Source of the DNA: Acidobacteriota bacterium
GTDB lineage: Bacteria > Acidobacteriota > UBA890 > WLXD01
Reading direction: 5' to 3'
NCBI GenBank assembly: GCA_963666055.2
Contig: CAXWPH010000015.1
Span: 288,001-352,000, forward strand
Length of the DNA: 64,000 nucleotides
Shown here: one piece after another, positions 1-9,550 of the stretch
How positions within the stretch are numbered: position 1 is the first letter of the stretch
How the letters are laid out: each line of letters opens with the position of its first letter
Notes under the pieces: generated by a model
What the model was told of the DNA's origin: nothing
The model's database searches: none
Seen by the model: only the letters and a program-made list of their open reading frames with translations
Made by a program: the position numbers and the translations under genes

Positions 1-288
1 CGGGCGCTCGGCCCGAATGAAGTCCGCCGCCTCGTCGACGTGCCGCGGTTGCGGATTGGGCGGCAGGCCGCCAAAGGTGCGGACGTTGCCCACCTCGCCC
101 AGCGCCTCGATCACCCGACCTAGTATTCCCTGGCGCTGCATGGCGCTGCCGCCGGTGAAGAGGCCGATTGTCGTTGCGGAGTCGGCGCCGGAATTCAACG
201 CGTCGACGCGGGCGGGAAGGTCGGCGAGCGCGCCGTCGCCGCAGATCACCCGGGTCCCGCGCCAGGTCCATTCCGCCGGCGAGGTCAT
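1..288 (-). CDS. Iron-containing (group III) alcohol dehydrogenase, N-terminal part; likely phosphonoacetaldehyde reductase (runs off window)
   Basis: Not in ORF track. Manual translation MTSPAEWTWRGTRVICGDGALADL...LFTGGSAM...FGGLPPNPQPRHVDEAADFIRAERP matches an Fe-ADH N-terminus (G.GAL, PNP); ATGA overlap with the ppd stop. Confidence 0.75.
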   Translation of the reverse strand, partial: MTSPAEWTWRGTRVICGDGALADLPARVDALNSGADSATTIGLFTGGSAMQRQGILGRVIEALGEVGNVRTFGGLPPNPQPRHVDEAADFIRAERP

Positions 289-1442
289 GCGCCGCTCCGC
301 GCCAGGTAGCGGCGCAGGCGCTCGGCTACCTCCGACGGATGCGTCGCCGGCCGTCCCAGCGGATGCACCGATCCCTCGAGGATGCGCACGTGCAGCAGGG
401 AAGGGCCCCGCCTCTCGAGGGCGGCACGAAGCTCGGTCTCCAGCCTCTCGCCGGTGACCAGGCTACGCGCGTAGCGGTAGCCCACCGAGCGCGCTACACC
501 GGTGAAATCGACGGTGTCCGAAAGCGTCTGTTGCCCACCGGTTGACTCGTGAGCGTTGTTGTCGAGGAGCACGTGCACCAGCCCTTCGGGACGATAGTGG
601 CCGACCGACACCATGGCCTCCAACCGCATCAGCGCTGCGCCGTCGCCGTCGATGACCACGGTCCGTAGCTCTGCCGCGCAGTGCCGAGCCAGCCCCAGGC
701 CAAGGGTGCTGGCGCAACCCATCGAGCCCACCATGTAGAGCTGATTCTCGGTGTCGCGCAGCGTGTAGAGCTCGCGCCCCGTCTTGCCGGTGGTAGCGAG
801 AATTGGGTGCGACTGCCCCACTACTTCAGCGATCCGCGCGATGCAGTCGTGGCGCCTCAGCTTCGGCTTTCCGGGTTCCGGCTCGATGCCAGCGTGATCC
901 CGCGGCGGTCGCGGCGCCCGGTTGGTGCTCTGCAGGTCATACGGTTCGATGGACCCCTTCTGCATGATCAACGCGAAAGATCGTCGCGCTTCTGCCAGGT
1001 AGCGCCGAGCGCGGCCCATCTGCGCGCTCAGCTCATCGAGGTCCTGGCAGAGCACCTCGGTTTCGAGCTCCATCGCCTCGAGCATCGTCCGTGTTGCCGT
1101 TCCCATGATCTCGTGCTGCGGTTCGTCGCCGATTCCCGGCTGCCCGCGCCAGGTGACCACCACCAGCAACGGGATCTGGAACGGCTGTGCCAGCGAGGTC
1201 AGCGGGTTGACGGCGTTGCCGAGGCCGGAGTTCTGGAACATCACCACCGGCTGCATGCCGGCGAGCTGGGCGCCGCACGCATAGGCGACCGCTTCGCCCT
1301 CGTTGTTGAGGGGGACGTAGGTGCCCGGCCGGTTGTCGATCAGGTAATTGACCACCGGCTTGAAGAGCGAGCACGGCACGCTGGTGTACAGGTCGAAACC
1401 CTGCGCTTCCATCTCGGCGACGAAGCCGGCCGCGGGTATCAC
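285..1442 (-). CDS. aepY: Phosphonopyruvate decarboxylase (ThDP-dependent)
   Basis: VPCS, NNEGEAVAYACG, QNSGLGNAVNPLTSL, DEPQH, TTGKTGREL, VGSMGCAS, DGDGAALM, NNAHESTGGQ motifs; GTG start at 1442 preferred over the ORF-track start. Confidence 0.9.
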   Translation of the reverse strand: MIPAAGFVAEMEAQGFDLYTSVPCSLFKPVVNYLIDNRPGTYVPLNNEGEAVAYACGAQLAGMQPVVMFQNSGLGNAVNPLTSLAQPFQIPLLVVVTWRGQPGIGDEPQHEIMGTATRTMLEAMELETEVLCQDLDELSAQMGRARRYLAEARRSFALIMQKGSIEPYDLQSTNRAPRPPRDHAGIEPEPGKPKLRRHDCIARIAEVVGQSHPILATTGKTGRELYTLRDTENQLYMVGSMGCASTLGLGLARHCAAELRTVVIDGDGAALMRLEAMVSVGHYRPEGLVHVLLDNNAHESTGGQQTLSDTVDFTGVARSVGYRYARSLVTGERLETELRAALERRGPSLLHVRILEGSVHPLGRPATHPSEVAERLRRYLARSGA

Positions 1443-1476
1443 CGGCGCCGGCTCGTTCCGGGAAGCGCGGCCGGCA

Positions 1477-1962
1477 TCAGAATTCCAGCGCGTCCGAGTA
1501 CTTCTCGATGTCGTCGATGTCGAGCCAGTTGCCGGCGATGTACGTGACCCGTACCTCGGCCCCCTCGGCAACCAGGTGGTTCAACAGCCGCGACATTCGC
1601 ATGGTTTCGAACCCTTCCGTCGAGCGCAGCTGCTCGAGAGCATGTCGCAGCGCGTTGGCACCGGTCTTCGTGAGCTTCATCAGGCCGATCGATTCACCGT
1701 CAGCGTTGTCCGGGTGGAGGTCCGGGTCCATCTTGTCCATCAAGACCGGCTCCTCGGTGTAGGCCGGCGTGTAGGGCCGCGATGCTTTGATGAACTCGGT
1801 GTATCGTGCTGGTGGCTCGGCAGCGGTGTTGGAGTCGACGACGATGACCACGTCGCCGGGCTCCCCCTGGAGCGCCTGCAGCACGTAGCGCTTGAAGATG
1901 ATGTCGCCGAACGAGATGTAGGTATCACCTCGGATATGCTCGGCGGCGCAGGCGAGCGAGGT
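1477..1962 (-). pseudogene. C-terminal NTP-transferase (LicC-like) domain of the type fused to PEP mutase; N-terminus missing, joined in-frame to asnB
   Basis: SLACAAEHIRGDTYISFGDIIF...IGLMKLT...WLDIDD directly upstream of ppd; no PepM EDKxxxxxNS motif in the window. Confidence 0.65.
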
Positions 1963-3648
1963 GTAGGCGGCGTCGACGCGTCCTCGGCGATCGGCTTCCA
2001 CGAGACGGCGAACCTCGTCGAACTCGAAAAGACCTCGCTGCGTCAGCGAACGTTTCGACAGCACCTCGCGGCGCAGCTCCACCAGATCGGAATGTAGCCA
2101 TTGGCGCAGGGGCGCCGCGAAGCCGCTCTTGGGCCGATAGATCACCTCTCGGGGTAGGTACGGCTCCATCGCCTTCTTGAACACGTGCTTTAGTGTGCCG
2201 CCGGCGATTTTCTGGTGGCTGGGGATCGCCGCCGCGAGGTCGACCACCTGCAGGTCCAGCAGCGGCACCCGCACCTCGACGCCGGCGTACATGCCGGTTT
2301 TATCGGTGTAGTTGAGGTTGTGGTCGGCGAGAAAGTGCTTGGCGTCGATATAGAGCATGCGCTCCAGCGGATCGGCGTCATTGCGCACACGGGCGAGCGA
2401 CTCGGCGAGCGGATGGGGAGGATCCTGGCGGTGGATCTCTGCCTGCACTGGAGGTGTCAGCAGAGCCCGCCGCCGCCATTCGGGCGTCCACTCCAGATAT
2501 GCGGCTATGCGCGCGTCGCCATCCAGGTTGGCGTGGGCGAACGTCTTCGCCAGTCGTCGCACGAGCGGCCGACGCATTCCGGGACCAGGAATAGCACCAC
2601 ACTGCAGGGCCCGGGAGGCGCCGGCGAGCGCGCCTCGTGCGGCGCGCGGCAGCCACGACCACAGCCGCTCCGAGCGTAGCGCCTGGTGACGCCGGTACCC
2701 GCCGAGGATGTCGTCGCCCCCCGCGCCGGACATCAGCACCTTCAATCCGTCTTTGGCGGCGCGCTCGCAGATCAACAGCGCGTTGATCGGCGCCGGGTCG
2801 GCCTGCGGCTCGTCCAGACACCAGAGCATGCGCTCGAGCTCGTTGATCATCTCGGGCCCGGCACGCACGATTTCCAGATCCACTCCTAGGTGGGCCGCCG
2901 CCTGGCGAGCGTAGGGCAGGTCGGCGGGGTTGCCCTCGATGCGGTCCGCCCCCTGAAAGTCCATCGTGTAGGCCACCGTGGGGCTGTTGGCGTCGGCACG
3001 GCGCATCATCGCGACGACGGCGCTCGAATCGAGGCCGCCCGACAGGAACGCTCCCACCGGAACGTCCGACAGCAGCTGCCGCCGGACGGCGGCTTCGACC
3101 TCCGACGCCAGCTGCGCTGCGACGCCGTTACCCTGAGCTACAGCGACGCGATGCCGGCGGCAGTCCTCGGCTTGCGGCAGTTCGTAGAAGATCCAGCTGC
3201 GCGTCACAGCACCACCGCGAAGCACGAGCGCCTCTCCAGGGCGCATCTTCTTGACCGTTCTCAGCGGCGTGCGAGGCGCCGGCGCCCACAGATAGGTCAG
3301 GTACTGGTCGATGGCGACCAGATCGAGGTCGCGGGGAACCTCCGAGCTCGCCAGGATCGCCTTGAGCTCGGAAGCGAACAGAACGCCGCCGCCGGCGTGC
3401 GCGAAGTAGAGCGGCTTGACGCCCAGGCCGTCCCGCGCCAGCAGCACGTCGCCGCTCTCGATGCCCTCACGCCGACCGCTGTGCCGGCCATCGTAGAGGG
3501 CGAGCGCGAAGATTCCGTTCAGCCGCTCGAGGAAGCCCGGGCCTTGTGTAGCGTACAGGTGCAGCAGCACCTCCGAATCGGATCGACTGGTGAAACGGTG
3601 GCCGTGCTCCTCGAGCTCGCGTCGGAGCGTCGGGAAGTTGTAGGTCTC
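1963..3648 (-). pseudogene. asnB: Asparagine synthetase (glutamine-hydrolysing) family amidotransferase, truncated at both ends
   Basis: ETYNF..SDSEVLL, ARDGLGVKPLY, FASELKA, FLSGGLDSS, SGAGGDD, EVRVPLLD, RPKSGF; lacks the N-terminal catalytic Cys and the last residues. Confidence 0.85.
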
Positions 3649-4934
3649 AGCTCTATCGATTCCTGGTGGGCCCGCTGTTCGTCGAGCGCGGCAAGCTCGT
3701 CTCGACGGAGCTCATCGGCGATCCGTCGATCCACCAGGACGGGCAGTGGGCTGCCGTCTTGCGACACGGCGCCATCCCGTTCGTGTCGTATCCATACGAG
3801 TGGCCGTTCGGCATGTTGCGCGATGCGGCACTTCTGCAGTTGGAGCTTGTGGCCGCCGCCCTCGACGAGAACATGACGCTCAAGGACGCCACCGCCTTCA
3901 ACGTGCAGTGGGATGGCTCGCAGCCAGTGTTCATCGACATTCCCTCGTTCGAGCCGCTCGATCCAGGCACCCCGTGGGTGGGCTACGAGCAGTTCTGTCA
4001 GATGTTCTTGTACCCGCTCATGCTGCAGGCGTACCGCGGCATTTCCTTTCATCAGCTACTGCGTGGTCGCCTCGATGGCATCGAGCCGTCGGACTGCTGG
4101 GGCATGCTCTCTCGGCGTGATCTTCTTCGCCCCGGGGTGCTGAAGCATGTGTTCCTGCAGTCGAAGGTGCAGGCGCGATTCCGGGACCGGGAGGGCGACA
4201 TCAAGGGCGAGCTGCGCGACGCTGGTTTCGGTGCCGAGATGATCAAGGCAAACATCCGGGGTCTGACCAAGGTCGTCGGCAAGCTCGATTGGACGCCCGC
4301 CGAGTCGGGGTGGGTGAACTACGGTCGCTGCACGCACTACGACGACCAGGCACGGCAGGCGAAGGGGACGTTCGTAGGCCAGGCGCTGGCCGCGCGCCAC
4401 TGGCCCATGGTTTGGGACCTGGGGTGCAATACCGGCAGGTATTCGCGTCTGGCTGCCGAGCACGCGGATCTGGTAGTGGCGATGGACGCCGATCACCAGT
4501 GTGTCGACCGACTTTACGAGAGCCAGCGCGGCGAAGGTTCGCGCCGCATCCTGCCGCTGGTGGCGAATGTCGCCGACCCCTCGCCCGCGCTCGGGTGGAG
4601 GGGGCTCGAGCGCAAGACGTTGGAGCAACGCGGCCGGCCCGATCTAGTCATTTGCCTGGCTCTGATTCATCATCTGGTGATCGGCGCAAACATCCATGTC
4701 GATGAGCTGGTGGGTTGGCTTGCCGACGTCGGCGCCGACCTGGTGATCGAGTTTGTTGAGAAGTCGGACCCGATGGTGCAGCGACTGCTACAGAACAAGG
4801 ACGACATCTACGACGATTACGACCGCGCCAACTTCGAGCGTGTGCTGGCGGCGTCGTTCGAGGTCGAGCGATCCGAGACCATCGCTGGGGGCACTCGGAA
4901 GCTGTTCTTCGCCCGCAATCGGGGTCGCAAATGA
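3648..4934 (+). CDS. NoeA-like class I SAM-dependent methyltransferase, probably 5'-truncated
   Basis: IPFVSYPYEW, LKDATAFNVQW, WDLGCNTG, LALIHHL; starts at a head-to-head junction with the asnB fragment. Confidence 0.75.
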   Translation, partial: QLYRFLVGPLFVERGKLVSTELIGDPSIHQDGQWAAVLRHGAIPFVSYPYEWPFGMLRDAALLQLELVAAALDENMTLKDATAFNVQWDGSQPVFIDIPSFEPLDPGTPWVGYEQFCQMFLYPLMLQAYRGISFHQLLRGRLDGIEPSDCWGMLSRRDLLRPGVLKHVFLQSKVQARFRDREGDIKGELRDAGFGAEMIKANIRGLTKVVGKLDWTPAESGWVNYGRCTHYDDQARQAKGTFVGQALAARHWPMVWDLGCNTGRYSRLAAEHADLVVAMDADHQCVDRLYESQRGEGSRRILPLVANVADPSPALGWRGLERKTLEQRGRPDLVICLALIHHLVIGANIHVDELVGWLADVGADLVIEFVEKSDPMVQRLLQNKDDIYDDYDRANFERVLAASFEVERSETIAGGTRKLFFARNRGRK

Positions 4935-7000
4935 GCCCGGCCGGCGTCTGGACCGAAGGTCAATCGACTGCATGGTCGCGGCGCGCGGTGGTCGTCGGGG
5001 CGGCCATGTTCACGCCCGGCGTGCTGTTCGTGCTGGTGTTCAATTCGATCCTGCTGGCCAACCTTGACGAGGTCGCGTACGACACCACTCTGGTGCTCAT
5101 ATTCTTCGGGCTGTTCGTAGGCACAACGACGGCGTGCGTGGCGATCTTCGCGGCAGGTCTGGGGTCGAAGAACTGGGCGCGGCTGGCCCGCGCCGTGGTT
5201 GCGGCCGGCGCCTTGGTGTTCGTGTTCGAGCTGCTGCGCCCGTTAACGGTAGCGGCGGCGGGCATCCGCGGAGCTTTCGGGATCGAGTTGGTCGCCGTGG
5301 TGGTGGTCGCGGCTCTGGTTCTCAAACCGAGCCTGCGTTCGATCTTCCTCGTTCTTGCGGTGGTCGCCCCCGTTCAGATTACGTCGGCCGTCTACCAACA
5401 CGTCACCACCGTCGCTGGCACGACCGCGTCGAGGCAGGCTCAGCGGGTCGCCCGGCTTCGGCTCGAGCCGGTAGGACTCATCTCTGATCCGCGTCCGGTA
5501 TTCCGTTGGCCCGAGTTCGGCGCCGGACACCGCTACGAGATCGAGGTCGTGGATGACGTTACCGGGGTTGCTGTGGTCCGGGAGGGCGTCGACGGTAATA
5601 GGCACCGGCTGGCCGCCGACTTGGAGGCAGGTCACCAGTACCGTTGGCGTTTCCGAACCCTGCCCAACGGCGAGCCAGACCGGTTTCGAGGCTGGGTGCG
5701 CTTCCGACTCAGCGACGCACGCCTCAGCCCGCATCCGGAGGGCGGGGAAGCTCTCGGCGCTTCGACTGCCCCCATGGATACTCCCAACGTCTATCTTGTC
5801 GTCCTCGATGCATACCAGTCGGAGAGCTACGAGTACCTGCGTGACACGCGGCCGGAGCTCACCGAGCTGCCGGTGACCTTCTTCCCGCAATTCCGGGTTA
5901 GCTCCGGCAAGACCTGGTCCTCGCTGACGGAGATGTTGCGTGGCGAGCACTATTTGCCCGACCATCAGATCGAGGAGTGGCGTGTTGCGGCGCCGGCAGA
6001 GGGTCTCCTGGGGGACCTGTTTCGCCATGGCGTGCAAGTGCATCAGTACCCGTACTATCGAAACGACTGCTACGAGTTCGCAGTGGCGTGCCGCGACACA
6101 GTGCGTTCCAAGAAGGAGTTTGCGGGTCGCTCGCATAGCATCGCCATCGTCGACCTGTGGTTTCTGAACACCATGCCAACGACCGTGCGCCGCACCATCC
6201 TCGGCGACGCTGCGGCCGCCGACGCAGCCAGCTGGGACTACGGCTTCTCGATCACCGATCTCCTGCTGGGCGAGACCGAGGGCCCGGCTGTCAGCCACAA
6301 CGCCTACTACTCGCTCAAGCAGTTCGAGCGTGTGCTCGACGAGGAGACACGTCGACCCGACAGCGGCCAGCTCGTATTCGCCCACATCATGCTGCCGCAT
6401 TCACCGTACGTCGTCGGCGCCGACTGCGAGTACCTCGGGCAGGTAGGGGAGGACGACGACGTCATTGACCGGCTGCTCGATCAGACAACTTGTGCCAACC
6501 ATCTACTCGGATCATTGTTTGATCGCCTCGAGGAGCTCGGGCGGCTCGATTCTTCGCTGGTGATGGTGATTTCCGACCACGGCACCTTCTGGCGCCCGAC
6601 CGACGACGAGCGCCTGCAGCCGTACCTGTCACTGGAGGCTACGATCCCGTTCCTCGACGTCGACGAGGTCGACAGCGCGACGTGGTCTTCCGACATGCTA
6701 GAGGTACGTTCTTCGGCCCTGATGCTGGTGAAATTTCCGCGCCAGCGCGAGTGGCAATCGTCGGCGCAGCCGGTGCAGATGATCGATGTGGCGCCCACGA
6801 TTGCGGCGCACTTCGGTGCCCCGGTGGAGCACTATGCCGGCCTGCCGATCGATCAGATCGGTCCGAACATGGAGCGCGAGACGCTGTTCTACGGCTTCAA
6901 TAAGATCCCGCGTGCTGGCGCGCCTGCGGTAATGTCGATTTATCGGCGAAACGGCGATGGTGACTGGCTGTACAGCCACGACATCGAGACGCTCCAATAG
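4931..7000 (+). CDS. Membrane-anchored sulfatase-like/alkaline-phosphatase-superfamily transferase
   Basis: N-terminal TM helices; NVYLVVLDAY, HIMLPHSPY, ISDHG, DVAPTI; ATGA overlap with the upstream gene. Confidence 0.7.
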   Translation: MSPAGVWTEGQSTAWSRRAVVVGAAMFTPGVLFVLVFNSILLANLDEVAYDTTLVLIFFGLFVGTTTACVAIFAAGLGSKNWARLARAVVAAGALVFVFELLRPLTVAAAGIRGAFGIELVAVVVVAALVLKPSLRSIFLVLAVVAPVQITSAVYQHVTTVAGTTASRQAQRVARLRLEPVGLISDPRPVFRWPEFGAGHRYEIEVVDDVTGVAVVREGVDGNRHRLAADLEAGHQYRWRFRTLPNGEPDRFRGWVRFRLSDARLSPHPEGGEALGASTAPMDTPNVYLVVLDAYQSESYEYLRDTRPELTELPVTFFPQFRVSSGKTWSSLTEMLRGEHYLPDHQIEEWRVAAPAEGLLGDLFRHGVQVHQYPYYRNDCYEFAVACRDTVRSKKEFAGRSHSIAIVDLWFLNTMPTTVRRTILGDAAAADAASWDYGFSITDLLLGETEGPAVSHNAYYSLKQFERVLDEETRRPDSGQLVFAHIMLPHSPYVVGADCEYLGQVGEDDDVIDRLLDQTTCANHLLGSLFDRLEELGRLDSSLVMVISDHGTFWRPTDDERLQPYLSLEATIPFLDVDEVDSATWSSDMLEVRSSALMLVKFPRQREWQSSAQPVQMIDVAPTIAAHFGAPVEHYAGLPIDQIGPNMERETLFYGFNKIPRAGAPAVMSIYRRNGDGDWLYSHDIETLQ

Positions 7001-7010
7001 CGAGCCCGCC

Positions 7011-8099
7011 GTGACGCAGCCGCTGCTCATCATCATTCTGGACGGGTGCGAGGCCGGCTACCTCGAACGGGCGAGTACCCCCCACCTGGATCGGCTGGCA
7101 TCTGGCGGCCAGCGCTTCGTCGCCAGCGCCGTCGTCCCCACGGTGACCAACGTCAACGTCACCTCGTTGCTCACCGGAGCCCCACCGTCGCAGCACGGGA
7201 TCACCGGCAACACCTATCTCCGCATCGATGACGGTGCCCTGGTTCCGATGAACGACCGGCGGCAGCTTCTGTGCTCCACCCTGTTCGCGCGCGCCCGCGC
7301 CGCAGGTGGGACGACGGCTTTCCTCTCCGCCAAGCGTAAGCTGCTGAGCTTGTTCGGGCCCGATCTCGACTTCGTCGGCTCGGTCGAGACACCCCCCGAT
7401 TGGGCTGTCGAGGCAATTGGCGAGCCTCCAGACATCTACCATCCGGACGCTAACCTCTGGCTCCTGAGGGCGGCCGCCTTGCTGCTCGAGCGCCGGTCGA
7501 TTGACCTGCTGGCGGTCTGCACCACGGATCTCGTGCCCCATCTACACCGACCAGAACATCCCGAGGCATGCGATCATTTCGAGCGCCTCGATGCGTTGAT
7601 CGGACGACTGAGCGAGCTCGCCCTGGATGCCGCGATGGTGATAACCGCCGACCACGGCATGCGCGACAAGCCGCGGATAGCCGACATTGGGCCCAGCCTC
7701 GAGACCTACGGTGCGCGCGTAGTGCCGGTAATCAAGGACCCCTACACGCTCCACCACGGCAACCTGGGTGGAGCCGCGTACGTCTACTTGGAGCAGCCCG
7801 AGCGAGCGCCCGAGGTCGCTACCGAGCTTTCAGCGGTCGAGGGTATCGAGCAGGTGTTGACGGCGGACGAGGCACACCGCGAGCTCGCGCTCGACCCGGA
7901 TCGGGTGGGTCATTTGGTGGTGCTAGGCGATGCGGATACCGTGCTTACATACGGGTCCCCGGAGCTGTCGGTGGACTCGCTCCGATCTCACGGTTCCGTT
8001 CACGAGCGTGCGGTCCCGGTGATCACCTCGAACCTGGAGCCGATCAGCGCGTCCCTCGCCTGGGAGGTCACCGCGACTGCTTTCGAGATGACGAGATAG
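7011..8099 (+). CDS. phnA: Phosphonoacetate hydrolase-like protein
   Basis: LDGC, PTVTNVN (Thr nucleophile), HGITGN, TTDLVPH, TADHGM, KDPYTLHHGNLG and LRSHG correspond to PhnA motifs. Confidence 0.75.
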   Translation: MTQPLLIIILDGCEAGYLERASTPHLDRLASGGQRFVASAVVPTVTNVNVTSLLTGAPPSQHGITGNTYLRIDDGALVPMNDRRQLLCSTLFARARAAGGTTAFLSAKRKLLSLFGPDLDFVGSVETPPDWAVEAIGEPPDIYHPDANLWLLRAAALLLERRSIDLLAVCTTDLVPHLHRPEHPEACDHFERLDALIGRLSELALDAAMVITADHGMRDKPRIADIGPSLETYGARVVPVIKDPYTLHHGNLGGAAYVYLEQPERAPEVATELSAVEGIEQVLTADEAHRELALDPDRVGHLVVLGDADTVLTYGSPELSVDSLRSHGSVHERAVPVITSNLEPISASLAWEVTATAFEMTR

Positions 8100-8206
8100 C
8101 CGATGCTACGATGCGATCTTGCGGTGTTTGACACCCGAGGGAGCGGCGGCGAGACTGCAGGCAGGCGCCCAACCCGCCGCGTGCTGAATCCCAGGAGGCC
8201 AAGCCG

Positions 8207-9550
8207 GTGAGTATTCCGAACGTGTCCCCGGAGCATGCCGGGCATCTGCTCAAGGACTGGAAAGAGGAGCTCAAGATCAGCAGCGCCGAGCTTGCCGAGG
8301 AGTCTGGTCTCGCCGAAGATACCGTGCGCGAGCTACTCGCAGGTGGCCGCGTCGGCACGTTTGATGAGTTGATCCAACTTGCCGGTGTTCTGAACCGCAG
8401 TTTGCGAGACCTGCTGCCCTACGAAGACGATCTCGTCGATGGCGTCAAAGTCCTGCGTCACGACAGTGCTCGTATGTTCCAGCAGGATCGCGGCGGCGGT
8501 TTGCAGTACACCTACTGGGCGCGCGCAACCTCGAGCGCGATTCCGGACTTCGTGCCGGTGGAGCTTGTCCTGCACATCAGCGACCCTGATCGGGTGGTGC
8601 CGAACCTGGGACACTTCTTCCACCAGTACACCGAGATCTTGGACGGTGGCCCGGTGACCGTGTTCTGGAAAGATACCGACGGTGAGACACACTCGTACAC
8701 CGGAACCGAGGGCGATACGTGGCTGATTCCTGGGTTCACCCCCCATTGGTTCACCTCACCCGACCCCGACAACCTCGGCAAGATCATCGCCTGCACGATC
8801 GGCCAGCACCTGACCGGCGATACACGGCAGGAGATCATCCTGTCTGGCGCCGAGAGATTCGCGGGGCGTTTCGAGAAGGGGTTGCAGGCTGGGTTGCTCG
8901 CTTCCCTGCGCCAGAACCGGCGCCTTTCACTGGCTGCGGCTGTGGGCCTGGCCGGCATCGAGACGGAACGCTTGACCGCGCTGGAGGCGGGGGAGGCGGA
9001 GCTCTCGGACGATGAGGTCGGCCGGCTGGCCCGTGCCTACAAAGTCAGCGAGCGCGACCTGATGCCGCAACACGATGACCTCGAGAACAAGCTGACGATC
9101 CTGCCTAAGGCCGAGGCGCATCACGAGCGCTTCGATTACGGGGAGCGCTACCAGCGTGTAGCGACGTCGCGGTTGCCCAACATCGTCGCCAGTGAGCTAC
9201 GGCTCAACGGCCAGGCCGATCCCGACTTCGTCGACTTCCCTGGACACACCTACCTCCAGGTATTGCGCGGACCCGACGTGGTCGTCGAGTGGACCGGTGA
9301 GGGTGGAGCGAATTCCGAAACCGCCGGCACCGGCGACACGTTCCTGATCTCGGCGTTCACGCCCTATCGTATCCGCCCGTCGGAGCCGGGGAGTCAGGGC
9401 CGCGTCCTGGAGCTCAGCATGGCCCAGCATCTTCTCAACGGCGATGCGTTGCGCGAGGCGGCGCTGGTCGGGTTCGACAACCTCGAGCGCCTGGTGAAGC
9501 CGATCTCGTACTACGCGCAGCGAGCTCCCGAGAGTGTCGAGGTCGAGTGA
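8207..9550 (+). CDS. Methylphosphonate synthase/HEP dioxygenase family non-heme Fe enzyme (tandem HTH-cupin repeats)
   Basis: Two HTH+cupin repeats in 447 aa; repeat 1 has NLGH136FFHQ140...I174PGFTPH180, repeat 2 lacks the metal ligands; RBS AGGAGG before the GTG. Confidence 0.8.
   Translation: MSIPNVSPEHAGHLLKDWKEELKISSAELAEESGLAEDTVRELLAGGRVGTFDELIQLAGVLNRSLRDLLPYEDDLVDGVKVLRHDSARMFQQDRGGGLQYTYWARATSSAIPDFVPVELVLHISDPDRVVPNLGHFFHQYTEILDGGPVTVFWKDTDGETHSYTGTEGDTWLIPGFTPHWFTSPDPDNLGKIIACTIGQHLTGDTRQEIILSGAERFAGRFEKGLQAGLLASLRQNRRLSLAAAVGLAGIETERLTALEAGEAELSDDEVGRLARAYKVSERDLMPQHDDLENKLTILPKAEAHHERFDYGERYQRVATSRLPNIVASELRLNGQADPDFVDFPGHTYLQVLRGPDVVVEWTGEGGANSETAGTGDTFLISAFTPYRIRPSEPGSQGRVLELSMAQHLLNGDALREAALVGFDNLERLVKPISYYAQRAPESVEVE

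Noticed and set aside
8207-9550. Annotation as an XRE-family transcription regulator
   Set aside because: Conserved phosphonate-binding and 2-His-1-Gln residues plus the gene context favour the HppE/HEPD/MPnS enzyme family.
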